Shown here: piece by piece, positions 1-7,939 of the stretch | Position numbering within the stretch: the first letter of the stretch is position 1 | Layout: each line of letters starts with the position of its first letter | Origin: Actinomycetota bacterium | GTDB lineage: Bacteria > Actinomycetota > CADDZG01 > JAHWKV01 > JAOPZY01 | Direction of reading: 5' to 3' | DNA length: 41,601 bases | NCBI GenBank assembly: GCA_025963875.1 | Contig: JAOPZY010000173.1 | Span: 1 to 41,601 of the forward strand | Notes under the pieces: generated by a model | The model's input: the letters and a program-made list of their open reading frames with translations, nothing else | Databases searched by the model: none | What the model was told of the DNA's origin: nothing | Translations under genes and position numbers: made by a program

Positions 1-2610
1 ATGGACCAGTTGTTCCAGTGACTCGACAAGCTCCAGTTCCTTGACGTTCAGCTCGTCGGCGACCAGGCGGGCCAGGGCGGCCACGTCGGCGCGCTCGGCC
101 GCCGGCACCACGGCCAGGGCCTTCGGCAGCGGCTGGCGGGTCTTCACCTTGGCCTTCGCCCGGGCGGCCCGGCCGAGGGCGACGAGCTGGCGGGCCAGGC
201 GCATCCGTTCCAGGAGCCCCTGGTCGATCAGCCCCTCGTCGTAGGTGGGCCAGTTCTCGAGGTGCACGCTCTCGGCCCGGTGAAGGTTGGTGAAGATCTC
301 CTCGGCGATGAAGGGGGTGAACGGCGCCGTCAGCTTGGCGACCGTCACCAGGCACTCGTGCAGGGTGGCGTAGGCGGCGGCCTTGTCGCCGCCGTCACCG
401 GCGTCGCCGGATCGCCAGAAGCGCCGGCGGCTGCGCCGCACGTACCAGTTGGAGAGGTCGTCGACGAAGGCGTCCAGCCGGCGCCCGCCGGCCAGGGCGT
501 CGTAGTTCTCGAGGGCGTCGGTGACGTCGCGGATCGTGTCGTGCAGCTCGGCGATGATCCACTGGTCGAGCTCGGGGCGCTCGGGCACCGGTACGGCGGG
601 CATCGCAAGGTCGAAGCCGTCGAGGTTGGCGTAGGTCACGAAGAACGAGTACGTGTTCCACAGGGTGAGCAGGTAGCGGCGCAGGAACTCGTCGATCACC
701 GTCGGGCCGAGGCGGCGGTTGGCCCACGGCGACCCGCTCGTGAACAGGTACCAGCGGAGGGCGTCGGCCCCCTGGGACTCGAGCAGCGTCCACGGATCGA
801 TGATGTTCCCCAGGCTCTTGCTCATCTTCTTGCCTTCTTCGTCCACCATGAGCCCGAGGCACAGCACGTCCCGGTAGGAGTTCTGCCCGAAGACGAGCGT
901 GGAGATGGCCATGAGCGAGTAGAACCAGCCCCTGGTCTGGTCGAGACCTTCGCAGATGAAGTCGGCCGGGAACCGCTTTTTGAAGACCTCCTCGTTCTGG
1001 TGGGGGTAGCCCCACTGGGCAAAGGGCATCGATCCCGAGTCGTACCAGGCGTCGATGACCTCGTGGGTCCGCGTCGCCGTCGCACCGCAGGCGGGGCAGG
1101 GGAAGGTCACCTCGTCGACGAACGGGCGGTGCGGGTCGAGGTCCGAGAGATCCCGCCCGGCCAGCGCGGAGAGGTCGGCGCGGGAGCCGATGCAGGTCTC
1201 ATGCCCCTCGGGGCAACGCCAGATCGGCAGCGGCGTCCCCCAGTAGCGGTCGCGCGAGAGCGCCCAGTCGACATTGTTGGCCAGCCAGTCGCCGTACCGC
1301 CCGTGCTTGATGGACTCAGGGTGCCAGTTCGTCTTCTCGTTCTCCGCCAGCAGCTCCTCCCGCTTGGCCGTCGTCCGGGCGAACCAGGAGCTCTTCGCGT
1401 AGTAGATCAGCGGGGTGCCGCAGCGCCAGCAGTGCGGATAGTTGTGCTCGTAGGGCTCGACCTTGAAGAGCAGGCCGCGGGAGTCCAGGTCGGCGACCAC
1501 CGCCTCGTCGGCGTCCTTCACCCACATCCCTGCGAACGGTCCCGCCTCCGGCACGAAGTGGCCCGAGGGATCGACGAGGTTGACAAACGGCAGTCCGTGG
1601 CGCCGCCCCGCGTCCAGGTCCTCGGCGCCGAAGGCCGGGGCGATGTGCACGATGCCGGTGCCGTCCGTTGTCGTGACGTAGTCCTCGGCGATGACGAACC
1701 AGGCAGGCTTGTCGGGCTCAACGAAGCGGAACGGCGGTGTGTAGCGCTTCCCCACGAGCTGGTCGGCGCGCATCGTCTCGATGATCCGGGCGCCGGGCGC
1801 CAGCACCTTCTCGACGAGGTCCTCGGCGAGGATCACGGGCCGCTCGTGGCCCCAGGCGACGAGGGCATACGTCACGTCGGGATTGACGGCGGCCGCCAGG
1901 TTGGAGGGCAGCGTCCACGGCGTCGTCGTCCAGACCAGCAGGTCACCGGGTGCGTCCTCGAGTGGGAACCGCACGTAGACGCTCGGGTCGGTGACGGTGC
2001 GGTAGGACCCCGGGTAGTTGAGCTCGTGGTCGGAGAGCGCGGTCTCACAGCGTGGGCAGTACGGCACCGACTTGTAGTCCTGGAAGAGCAGGCCGGCTTC
2101 GTAGAGGGTCTTCAGGCTCCACCAGACGCTCTCGACGTACTCCGGCTTCATCGTCATGTAGGCGTCGTCCATATTGATCCAGAAGCCGATGCGCTCCGTG
2201 AGCCGTTCCCAGTCGGCGACGTAGCGCAGCACGGACTCCCGGCAGAGGGCGTTGAACCGCTCGATCCCGTACTCCTCGATCTGGGCCTTGCGGTGGAAGC
2301 CGAGCTCCTTTTCGATCTGCAGCTCGACCGGCAGGCCGTGGCAGTCCCAGCCCGCCTTGCGGTGGACGTAGCGGCCGCGCATCGCGTGGAATCTCGGGAA
2401 GATGTCCTTGAAGATCCGGGCCTCCACGTGGTGGACGCCCGGGCGGCCGTTGGCGGTGGGGGGGCCCTCGTAGAAGACCCACTCCTCGGCGCCCTCGTTG
2501 CGCGTAAGGCCGCGCGCGACGATGTCGTGCTCGGCCCAGTAGGCAAGGATCCGCCGCTCGAGTTCGGGGAAGCTCACCTGGGATGAGACAGGAGAAAAGG
2601 GAAGATCCAT
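1..2610 (-). CDS. ileS: Isoleucine--tRNA ligase, type 2 (IleRS2); 3' end lies outside the window
   Basis: Manual minus-strand translation from ATG 2610: MDLPFSPVSSQVSFPELERRILAYW, WVFYEGPPTANGRPGVHHVEAR, GWDCHGLPVE, WTTTPWTLPSN, DEEGKKMSKS (KMSKS at 814-828). Missing from the ORF track because its stop is off the left edge. Confidence 0.96.
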   Translation of the reverse strand, partial: MDLPFSPVSSQVSFPELERRILAYWAEHDIVARGLTRNEGAEEWVFYEGPPTANGRPGVHHVEARIFKDIFPRFHAMRGRYVHRKAGWDCHGLPVELQIEKELGFHRKAQIEEYGIERFNALCRESVLRYVADWERLTERIGFWINMDDAYMTMKPEYVESVWWSLKTLYEAGLLFQDYKSVPYCPRCETALSDHELNYPGSYRTVTDPSVYVRFPLEDAPGDLLVWTTTPWTLPSNLAAAVNPDVTYALVAWGHERPVILAEDLVEKVLAPGARIIETMRADQLVGKRYTPPFRFVEPDKPAWFVIAEDYVTTTDGTGIVHIAPAFGAEDLDAGRRHGLPFVNLVDPSGHFVPEAGPFAGMWVKDADEAVVADLDSRGLLFKVEPYEHNYPHCWRCGTPLIYYAKSSWFARTTAKREELLAENEKTNWHPESIKHGRYGDWLANNVDWALSRDRYWGTPLPIWRCPEGHETCIGSRADLSALAGRDLSDLDPHRPFVDEVTFPCPACGATATRTHEVIDAWYDSGSMPFAQWGYPHQNEEVFKKRFPADFICEGLDQTRGWFYSLMAISTLVFGQNSYRDVLCLGLMVDEEGKKMSKSLGNIIDPWTLLESQGADALRWYLFTSGSPWANRRLGPTVIDEFLRRYLLTLWNTYSFFVTYANLDGFDLAMPAVPVPERPELDQWIIAELHDTIRDVTDALENYDALAGGRRLDAFVDDLSNWYVRRSRRRFWRSGDAGDGGDKAAAYATLHECLVTVAKLTAPFTPFIAEEIFTNLHRAESVHLENWPTYDEGLIDQGLLERMRLARQLVALGRAARAKAKVKTRQPLPKALAVVPAAERADVAALARLVADELNVKELELVESLEQLVH

Positions 2611-2619
2611 GTGCGCAAC

Positions 2620-2626
2620 TACTCTA
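2620..2626. promoter_or_regulatory. Putative symmetric bidirectional -10 element (TACTCTA) for ileS and DUF167
   Basis: TACTCT on + (2620-2625) overlaps TAGAGT on - (2621-2626) in the 24-bp gap between the divergent ATGs at 2610 and 2635. Confidence 0.55.
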
Positions 2627-2634
2627 CAGGCGGT

Positions 2635-2964
2635 ATGAGCCCGGATCTGAGCGCGGCAGTGCGGGAGGTCCCCGGCGGCGTCGAGCTTTCGGTCTTCTGC
2701 CAGCCGAAGGCCGCCCGATCCGCCCTGATCGGCATGCACGGCGGCGCCTTGAAGGCGAAGGTGAAGGCACCGCCGGTCGAAGGGAAGGCGAACCAGGCGC
2801 TGCTCGACCTCCTGGCCGGGGCGCTCGGCGTGCCCCGGGGCCGGCTGACGCTGGTGTCGGGGGAGCAGAGCCGCAACAAGCGGGTCCGCGTGGAGGGCGT
2901 TGACGCAACCACCGCCCTTGGGGCCATAATGGCGGCCCTCGCACCCCTCTCGGCAGACAGGTAG
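2635..2964 (+). CDS. DUF167/UPF0235 (YggU-like) protein
   Basis: Motifs VFCQPKAARS, LKAKVKAPPVEGKANQAL, GEQSRNKRV. ATG 2635 preferred over GTG 2611. Confidence 0.88.
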   Translation: MSPDLSAAVREVPGGVELSVFCQPKAARSALIGMHGGALKAKVKAPPVEGKANQALLDLLAGALGVPRGRLTLVSGEQSRNKRVRVEGVDATTALGAIMAALAPLSADR

Positions 2965-3005
2965 GAACGCCCGGTGGGGAGGACCAAAAATCTCACCCGA
3001 TGATC

Positions 3006-3034
3006 TTGACGGAAATGGGGGTTAGTGGTAAGGT
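3006..3034 (+). promoter_or_regulatory. Putative sigma70-type promoter upstream of the dksA-like gene
   Basis: TTGACG-N17-TAAGGT with TG just upstream of the -10. Confidence 0.55.
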
Positions 3035-3114
3035 TCGCCGAATTTTACGCCCTGAACCCGGCGCAGACCACCCCCATCCAACCCCACTGCTCGTACTTTC
3101 GAATCGGGAACGAC

Positions 3115-3855
3115 ATGCCAAGCAAGGCGTCGGGAAGTCCCAAAGGCAAGGCGACCACGCCGGCTCGCCCCGCCGTCACCAAGTCCAAGGCGAAGGCGTC
3201 CGCTGCAAAAGCGAAGGCGTCCGGCAAGTCTGCGCCTCCGGTTGCGCCCGCGGCTCCGGCTGCGGCTGCGGCTCCGGCTTCGGCGAAGGGGAAGGCCGGG
3301 CCGAAGGCGGCGGTGAAGGCCAAGAAGGCCCCCGCCAAGGCTGCGGCGACGCCCACCCCGGCCAAGCCGGCGGCCAAGGCCACGGCCCCGGCCAAGGCTG
3401 CTCTCACGCGGCGCCCGGCCGCGGCCGCGGCGGCGGCCAAGACGCCACCGGCCAAGGACGCCGTCAAAGTGGTCAAGAAGGGGAACTACGACAAGGACTC
3501 CCTCGGCACGATCCGCAAGCGCCTCATGGAGCAGCGCGAGGAACTCCAGAACCAGCTCACGGCCATCGAGGAATCGGCCACCGGCCTGTCCCAGTCCGAG
3601 ATGTCGGGCGAGGTCAGCTATGACGAGGACTTCGCCGACGCCGGCTCGTTCACCTTCGAGCGCGAAAAGGAGTTCTCCATCGCCAACAACGTCACCGATC
3701 TGCGCTCCAAGACCGACCGCGCCCTCCACAGGATCGAGGAGGGCAGCTACGGGACCTGCGAGTCCTGCGGCCAGCCCATCGAGTCGGCCCGGCTCAAGGC
3801 CCTGCCGCACGTGACGCTCTGCCTGAAGTGCAAGAAAGCCGAGGAGCGCCGGTAG
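3115..3855 (+). CDS. TraR/DksA C4-type zinc-finger protein with Lys/Ala/Pro-rich N-terminal extension
   Basis: EDFADAG acidic tip and GSYGTCESCGQPIESARLKALPHVTLCLKC zinc finger; roughly 115 low-complexity K/A/P residues at the N-terminus. Confidence 0.9.
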   Translation: MPSKASGSPKGKATTPARPAVTKSKAKASAAKAKASGKSAPPVAPAAPAAAAAPASAKGKAGPKAAVKAKKAPAKAAATPTPAKPAAKATAPAKAALTRRPAAAAAAAKTPPAKDAVKVVKKGNYDKDSLGTIRKRLMEQREELQNQLTAIEESATGLSQSEMSGEVSYDEDFADAGSFTFEREKEFSIANNVTDLRSKTDRALHRIEEGSYGTCESCGQPIESARLKALPHVTLCLKCKKAEERR

Positions 3856-4334
3856 GCGCTCCGGATCGAGCCAGGTCCCGGACCATCCTGGTAGCCACGG
3901 CGGCAGCGACCGTCCTCGTCGATCAGGTGTCCAAGGTGCTCGCCGCCAACCTCCTCGCCGACGGCCGCCCCCACCTGCCGGTGGGCGGTTTCTGGGACCT
4001 CGAGCTCACCCGCAACCCGGGCGGCGCCTTCGGGATCCTCCCGCAATCGACGCTGCTGTTCTTTCTGGCGACCCTCCTCATCGTTGGCGGCGTACTCGTC
4101 TGGGGCCTGCGGTCCGGCCAGGCACCGCTCCCGCTCGGGTTGATCGCGGGCGGGGGCCTCGGCAACCTGATCGACCGGGTGGCCCGGGCCCCTGGTGGCC
4201 TACAGGGCCGGGTCGTCGATTTCATCCACTTCCACTTCTGGCCGACGTTCAACCTCGCCGACAGCGCCATCGTGATCGGGGTGGCGTTGCTGATCCTGCA
4301 CGAGGTGCGGCCGCATCCGTCGGAAACCTCATGA
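3828..4334 (+). CDS. lspA: Signal peptidase II (lipoprotein signal peptidase); start codon uncertain
   Basis: Motifs DQVSK, RNPGGAFG, GGGLGNLIDR, VVDFI, WPTFNLADSAI; typical position before rluA. Confidence 0.92.
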   Translation: MQESRGAPVGAPDRARSRTILVATAAATVLVDQVSKVLAANLLADGRPHLPVGGFWDLELTRNPGGAFGILPQSTLLFFLATLLIVGGVLVWGLRSGQAPLPLGLIAGGGLGNLIDRVARAPGGLQGRVVDFIHFHFWPTFNLADSAIVIGVALLILHEVRPHPSETS

Positions 4335-5254
4335 CTCCCCCCGAGTCCTTCGAGGTCGGCGAGGACGGCGCCGGCAAGCGCCTCGACGCATGGATCGCCG
4401 CGGCGGCCGGCCTGTCCCGCGGGGAGGCCCAGAGCCTGATCGAGCGGGGCCTCGTCACGCTCGACGGCGCTCCGGCCCCCAAGTCGCGCAAACTGGCCGC
4501 CGGGGAGACGGTGCAGCTCCAGCGGGACGCCGCCGACCAGGCCGAGGACACCTCCGCCCCCTTCGCCGTCGCCTACGAGGACGAGCACCTGGCCGTCATC
4601 GTCAAGCCGCCCGGCGTGGTGGTGCACCCGGCCCCCGGCAACCGTTCCGGGACGTTGGTCGAGGCCCTCGGCGTCCGGATGCCGCTGGCTCCCGCTGCGG
4701 GGGCCGGGCGCGCCGGTATCGTCCACCGCCTCGACAAGGACACCTCCGGGCTGATAGTCGTCGCCAAGACGGATCAGGCGTACGAGGGCCTCGTGGCCGC
4801 CATGGGCGGGCGGGAGGTCTCCCGGACCTACCTCGCCCTCGTGGCAGGGACCTTCGCCCTCCCGGCGGGCCGCATCGAGGCGCCGATGGGCCGCTCCCCC
4901 CGTGAGCGCACGAGGATGGGGGTGGTGTCCGGGGGCCGGGAGGCCGTGACCGAGTTCAAGGTGCTGGAGTCCTTCGGCTCCTCGACCCTGATCGAGGTCC
5001 ACCTGGGGACGGGCCGGACGCACCAGATCCGGGTCCACCTCGCCCACATCCGCCACCCGGTGGTGGGCGACGCCGTCTACGGCAAGTCCGCCAACGCCCT
5101 GGCCCGCCAACTCGGCCTCGAGCGCCCCTTCCTGCACTCGCACCGCCTTCAGTTCGTGCACCCGGTGACGGGGGTCGCCATCGACATCGTCGACCCGCTA
5201 CCGCCCGACCTGGCGGCTGTCCTCGAGGCACTCCAGGCTGCTGACCGACCTTAG
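4331..5254 (+). CDS. RluA-family (RluD-like) pseudouridine synthase
   Basis: N-terminal S4-like RLDAW, KPPGVVVHP, GIVHRLDKDTSGL, TGRTHQIRVH; ATGA overlap with lspA. Confidence 0.95.
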   Translation: MTPPESFEVGEDGAGKRLDAWIAAAAGLSRGEAQSLIERGLVTLDGAPAPKSRKLAAGETVQLQRDAADQAEDTSAPFAVAYEDEHLAVIVKPPGVVVHPAPGNRSGTLVEALGVRMPLAPAAGAGRAGIVHRLDKDTSGLIVVAKTDQAYEGLVAAMGGREVSRTYLALVAGTFALPAGRIEAPMGRSPRERTRMGVVSGGREAVTEFKVLESFGSSTLIEVHLGTGRTHQIRVHLAHIRHPVVGDAVYGKSANALARQLGLERPFLHSHRLQFVHPVTGVAIDIVDPLPPDLAAVLEALQAADRP

Positions 5255-5290
5255 GAGCCCATCGCGCAAATACGCGCGATAGACGCCTAA
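5251..5290. repeat. Imperfect palindrome/hairpin overlapping the rluA stop
   Basis: TTAGG-agccc-ATCGCGC-aaatac-GCGCGAT-agacg-CCTAA; homologous to 7361-7410. Confidence 0.75.
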
Positions 5291-5333
5291 CTTCACAAGC
5301 CCCCACATTTCTGTACGCTCTTTCACGTGTTTA

Positions 5334-5363
5334 TTGACAAATGTCCTGTCTCTACTCTACATT
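5334..5363 (+). promoter_or_regulatory. Putative sigma70 promoter of module copy 1
   Basis: TTGACA-N18-TACATT; both hexamers are identical in copy 2 while the spacer has diverged. Confidence 0.7.
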
Positions 5364-5421
5364 GAGGTCGAGCAGCGTAGATAAGTGCTGTGATGAGCTA
5401 ATGTGGATGGAGGAGGGCAGA

Positions 5422-5970
5422 ATGAAAGGGAGATGGATAGGGAGCTTCATCGGTATCCTGGCGGTCGTTGCCGTTAGTTTCGTGTGGTCGCCGCCGGTTG
5501 GTGCCACCGGCTTGTCATCGAAGGCCGTCCCTATGTCAGGAGGGCCGAACTGCGGGAAGCGCGCCAAGGTCTATGACAAGATCTGGTCGGTCAAGGCTCA
5601 CGACCATCGGGTAGTGTTCCTCCGCTGCGGCGAATTTCCCAATGGCCCCAGCGAGGGCTGGGGGTGGCGGCACATCATGGCAAAGCAGCACCCGGCCCAA
5701 CTCGGCTGGGACCGGGACTACTTTATGTGGGCGATGCAGCAGACGGTACAGGGGGCCGACCCCAAGTATCAGCCAAACAACGCGACCTTTCTTTACTCCG
5801 CTCCTATCTTCACGATTCGATTTGATAATGCGGCTGGGTCGTATTTCAGGGACGAATACACCTTCAAAGTGGTTGTCATCCGCAGGAATGGCGATGTAAT
5901 AACGGCGTACGGCGAATATCTCAGGACCACCAATTGTCACACGATTGAGCGATGCAAGGAGTACCCATGA
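5422..5970 (+). CDS. Secreted protein, 182 aa; putative BECR/barnase-like RNase toxin
   Basis: GGAGG SD before ATG 5422; Sec-type signal peptide MKGRWIGSFIGILAVVAVSFVWSPPVGA; motifs LRCG, GWGWRHIMAKQH and terminal FKVVVIRRNGDVITAY; four Cys. The CDS is supported by homology to copy 2; the function is inferred. Confidence 0.65.
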   Translation: MKGRWIGSFIGILAVVAVSFVWSPPVGATGLSSKAVPMSGGPNCGKRAKVYDKIWSVKAHDHRVVFLRCGEFPNGPSEGWGWRHIMAKQHPAQLGWDRDYFMWAMQQTVQGADPKYQPNNATFLYSAPIFTIRFDNAAGSYFRDEYTFKVVVIRRNGDVITAYGEYLRTTNCHTIERCKEYP

Positions 5971-6365
5971 AGTCCGGACGAGGGCCGGGTGTCTTCCCTG
6001 TCAGTCTCCCAGAGCAACTGACCCAGATCCTGATGTCCAGGTATGTCGATATGGACGGCAACCCCGCCGACCCGTTCATCGACGAGGACTGGAGCCTGCA
6101 GACGTGCCAGTTCGTCAACGGGGACCCCAGCCGGCTTGAAGTCATCTTCACCGGGATCCTCGGCGGGAGGCTTCGTCTGACGCTGTCGGCGAAAAAGCTT
6201 GGCCAGGGCTGGTTCGAGCCCGGCGTAATCGGGGGAGACGGCGATCCGGCCCTCACCCCGATTGCCAAAAAGCTGAGTACCCTCGTAAAAGAGACAGTCG
6301 AACCCAACCAGCCGGATGTTTCCCTCGACATGGATCTCATCAGGATGAGGCCGTCGAGGATCTGA
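5967..6365 (+). CDS. Small cytoplasmic protein, 132 aa; putative immunity/inhibitor partner
   Basis: AAGGAG SD 5 nt before ATG 5967, ATGA overlap with the upstream stop (alternative ATG 5952). No signal peptide or TM segment. About 80% identical paralog at 7921-8334. Confidence 0.7.
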   Translation: MKSGRGPGVFPVSLPEQLTQILMSRYVDMDGNPADPFIDEDWSLQTCQFVNGDPSRLEVIFTGILGGRLRLTLSAKKLGQGWFEPGVIGGDGDPALTPIAKKLSTLVKETVEPNQPDVSLDMDLIRMRPSRI

Positions 6366-6695
6366 GGACGTTGAGCCCGTGTCAAATGGCGGAGTCCATG
6401 TCGGATGTGACGGCTGACTTTGTGCACCTTCTCCTCGAGGCCGGTTGGCCCATGGGAAAGGACGAGTACATCCGAATCGCCGAGCCCGACGTCTCGAGTC
6501 TCGTGAGATGTTACGGCTCTCGCAGAACCTTCCTATCGTCACGCAATGGCACACGCGGTTGTTCCGGCCAACATCATGGAGTGGTGGCACACGAAAGACT
6601 CCTCGGTGGTCGTCAGCGCCGAGGAAGAGACCTCCAGCTGACAACCTCTCAGCCTTCGAAGCCGCGACGCTGCGCTCACCAAGTACAGCAGGTCC

Positions 6696-7283
6696 ATGAG
6701 CACGGATGAGGGAGGCGCGACTACTCCGAGCAAGTCTGGTGTTCCGCTTATCCGTGCCACACCCGCTCCGTGGGCCCCTCCGACGGTGGAGTTGGTTTTC
6801 GACGGAACCACTCCGGTCACGATGACGGGCTCCCTCTACACCTCGAATTGGGTGACAGCACGAGGCAACTGGACAATATCCCCTGGGGTCCCAGTCGAGT
6901 GGCCGGCGCCCTGCGCGGTCCACGCATCAGCAGGGGCTACGTTGGTCCTTGGTACCACCACACCACCCAAACTCGTCCTCTGGAAGGTCTATAGCGACGT
7001 GGACCCACAGAGCGGCGAGCCTACCTCCGACCCTAGCGCGACGTACCAATGCAACCGATTTTCGGAACCTCGGTGCGCGTTTTCAATAACGGCCGACGAG
7101 ACGGCGGTCGGCGGTTTGCCTTCAGAAATCGTGACGGCCCCCTACATCACGGTGTTCTGCATCTGGTTCTTGCCGCCAGACCAGCAAGGACAGGGGCCAT
7201 CACCCGATTCCTATGCCTCAGCCAGTTGGCTCTTTCGGACCAGCCTGAGTGTCAAGGGCCAGCGATCGGAGCCCGAGCCGTGA
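6696..7283 (+). CDS. Hypothetical protein, 195 aa, Pro/Thr/Trp-rich, four Cys
   Basis: Long ORF with protein-like composition in the AT-richer island; no family recognised. Confidence 0.55.
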   Translation: MSTDEGGATTPSKSGVPLIRATPAPWAPPTVELVFDGTTPVTMTGSLYTSNWVTARGNWTISPGVPVEWPAPCAVHASAGATLVLGTTTPPKLVLWKVYSDVDPQSGEPTSDPSATYQCNRFSEPRCAFSITADETAVGGLPSEIVTAPYITVFCIWFLPPDQQGQGPSPDSYASASWLFRTSLSVKGQRSEPEP

Positions 7284-7360
7284 AAGACGTGACGGTCCTT
7301 CCTTAAGACACCGAGCCCTCGCTTCGTCCTCACAGGAACTCCGTCCACCGCTCAGCCGAC

Positions 7361-7410
7361 CGATGTTGGGAAGCTATCGCGCACATACGCGCGATAGACA
7401 CCCAACTTCG
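7361..7410. repeat. Imperfect palindrome/hairpin
   Basis: CGA-t-GTTGGG-aag-CTATCGCGC-acatac-GCGCGATAG-aca-CCCAAC-t-TCG. Confidence 0.8.
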
Positions 7411-7448
7411 CGCTTCGCATCCTATCGATGCTCCTCGGCACGCACCTA

Positions 7449-7477
7449 TTGACAACGGCGAGCGGCACGTCTACATT
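7449..7477 (+). promoter_or_regulatory. Putative sigma70 promoter of module copy 2
   Basis: TTGACA-N17-TACATT, at the same distance from the hairpin as in copy 1. Confidence 0.7.
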
Positions 7478-7547
7478 GATGTTGTCAAGTGTAGAAGTGT
7501 GTTGTGATGAGAAAAAGGCATATCGACGCAGGAGCGAGGAGGGCAGA

Positions 7548-7939
7548 GTGAGGGGGAGACGAATTGGGAGTTGCGTTGGCATCTTGGCGGTCGTTGTCGT
7601 TGTGGTCGCCGCCAGTTGGTGCCACCGGCTTGTCATCGAAGGCCGTCCCCATGTCAGAGGGCCGAACTGCGGGAAGCGGGCCAAGGTCTATGAGAAGATC
7701 TGGTCGGTCAAGGCGCACGACCGTCGGGTCGTGTTCCTCCGCTGCGGCGAGTTTCAACCTCCCAGCGGGGCCCCATCCTCACGATTCGGTTTGAAAAGGC
7801 CGCCGGGTCCTACTTCAGGGACGAATACTCCTTCAAGGTCGTTGTTATCCGCCGGAATGGCGATGTCCTAAGGGCATATGGCGATTATCTGAGGACCACG
7901 AATTGTCAGACCATTGAGCGATGCAAGGAGTACCCATAA
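7548..7939 (+). pseudogene. Disrupted paralog of the 5422-5970 secreted protein
   Basis: GTG after GGAGG-containing SD. Relative to copy 1: 8-bp and 1-bp deletions near the signal peptide, a 3-bp loss, and a frameshifting deletion of about 145 bp near 7768. The C-terminal part (PILTIRFEKAAGSYFRDEYSFKVVVIRRNGDVLRAY...CKEYP*) remains in another frame. Confidence 0.85.

Larger units (their letters stand above)
5240..6365 (+). repeat. Copy 1 of a duplicated module (hairpin, promoter, secreted protein, partner gene)
   Basis: Aligns by eye with about 7355-8334 across both non-coding and coding parts. Confidence 0.9.

Noticed and set aside
262..2586. 774-aa plus-strand ORF
   Set aside because: Antisense shadow of ileS; it has no recognisable motifs, while the minus frame has all IleRS signatures.
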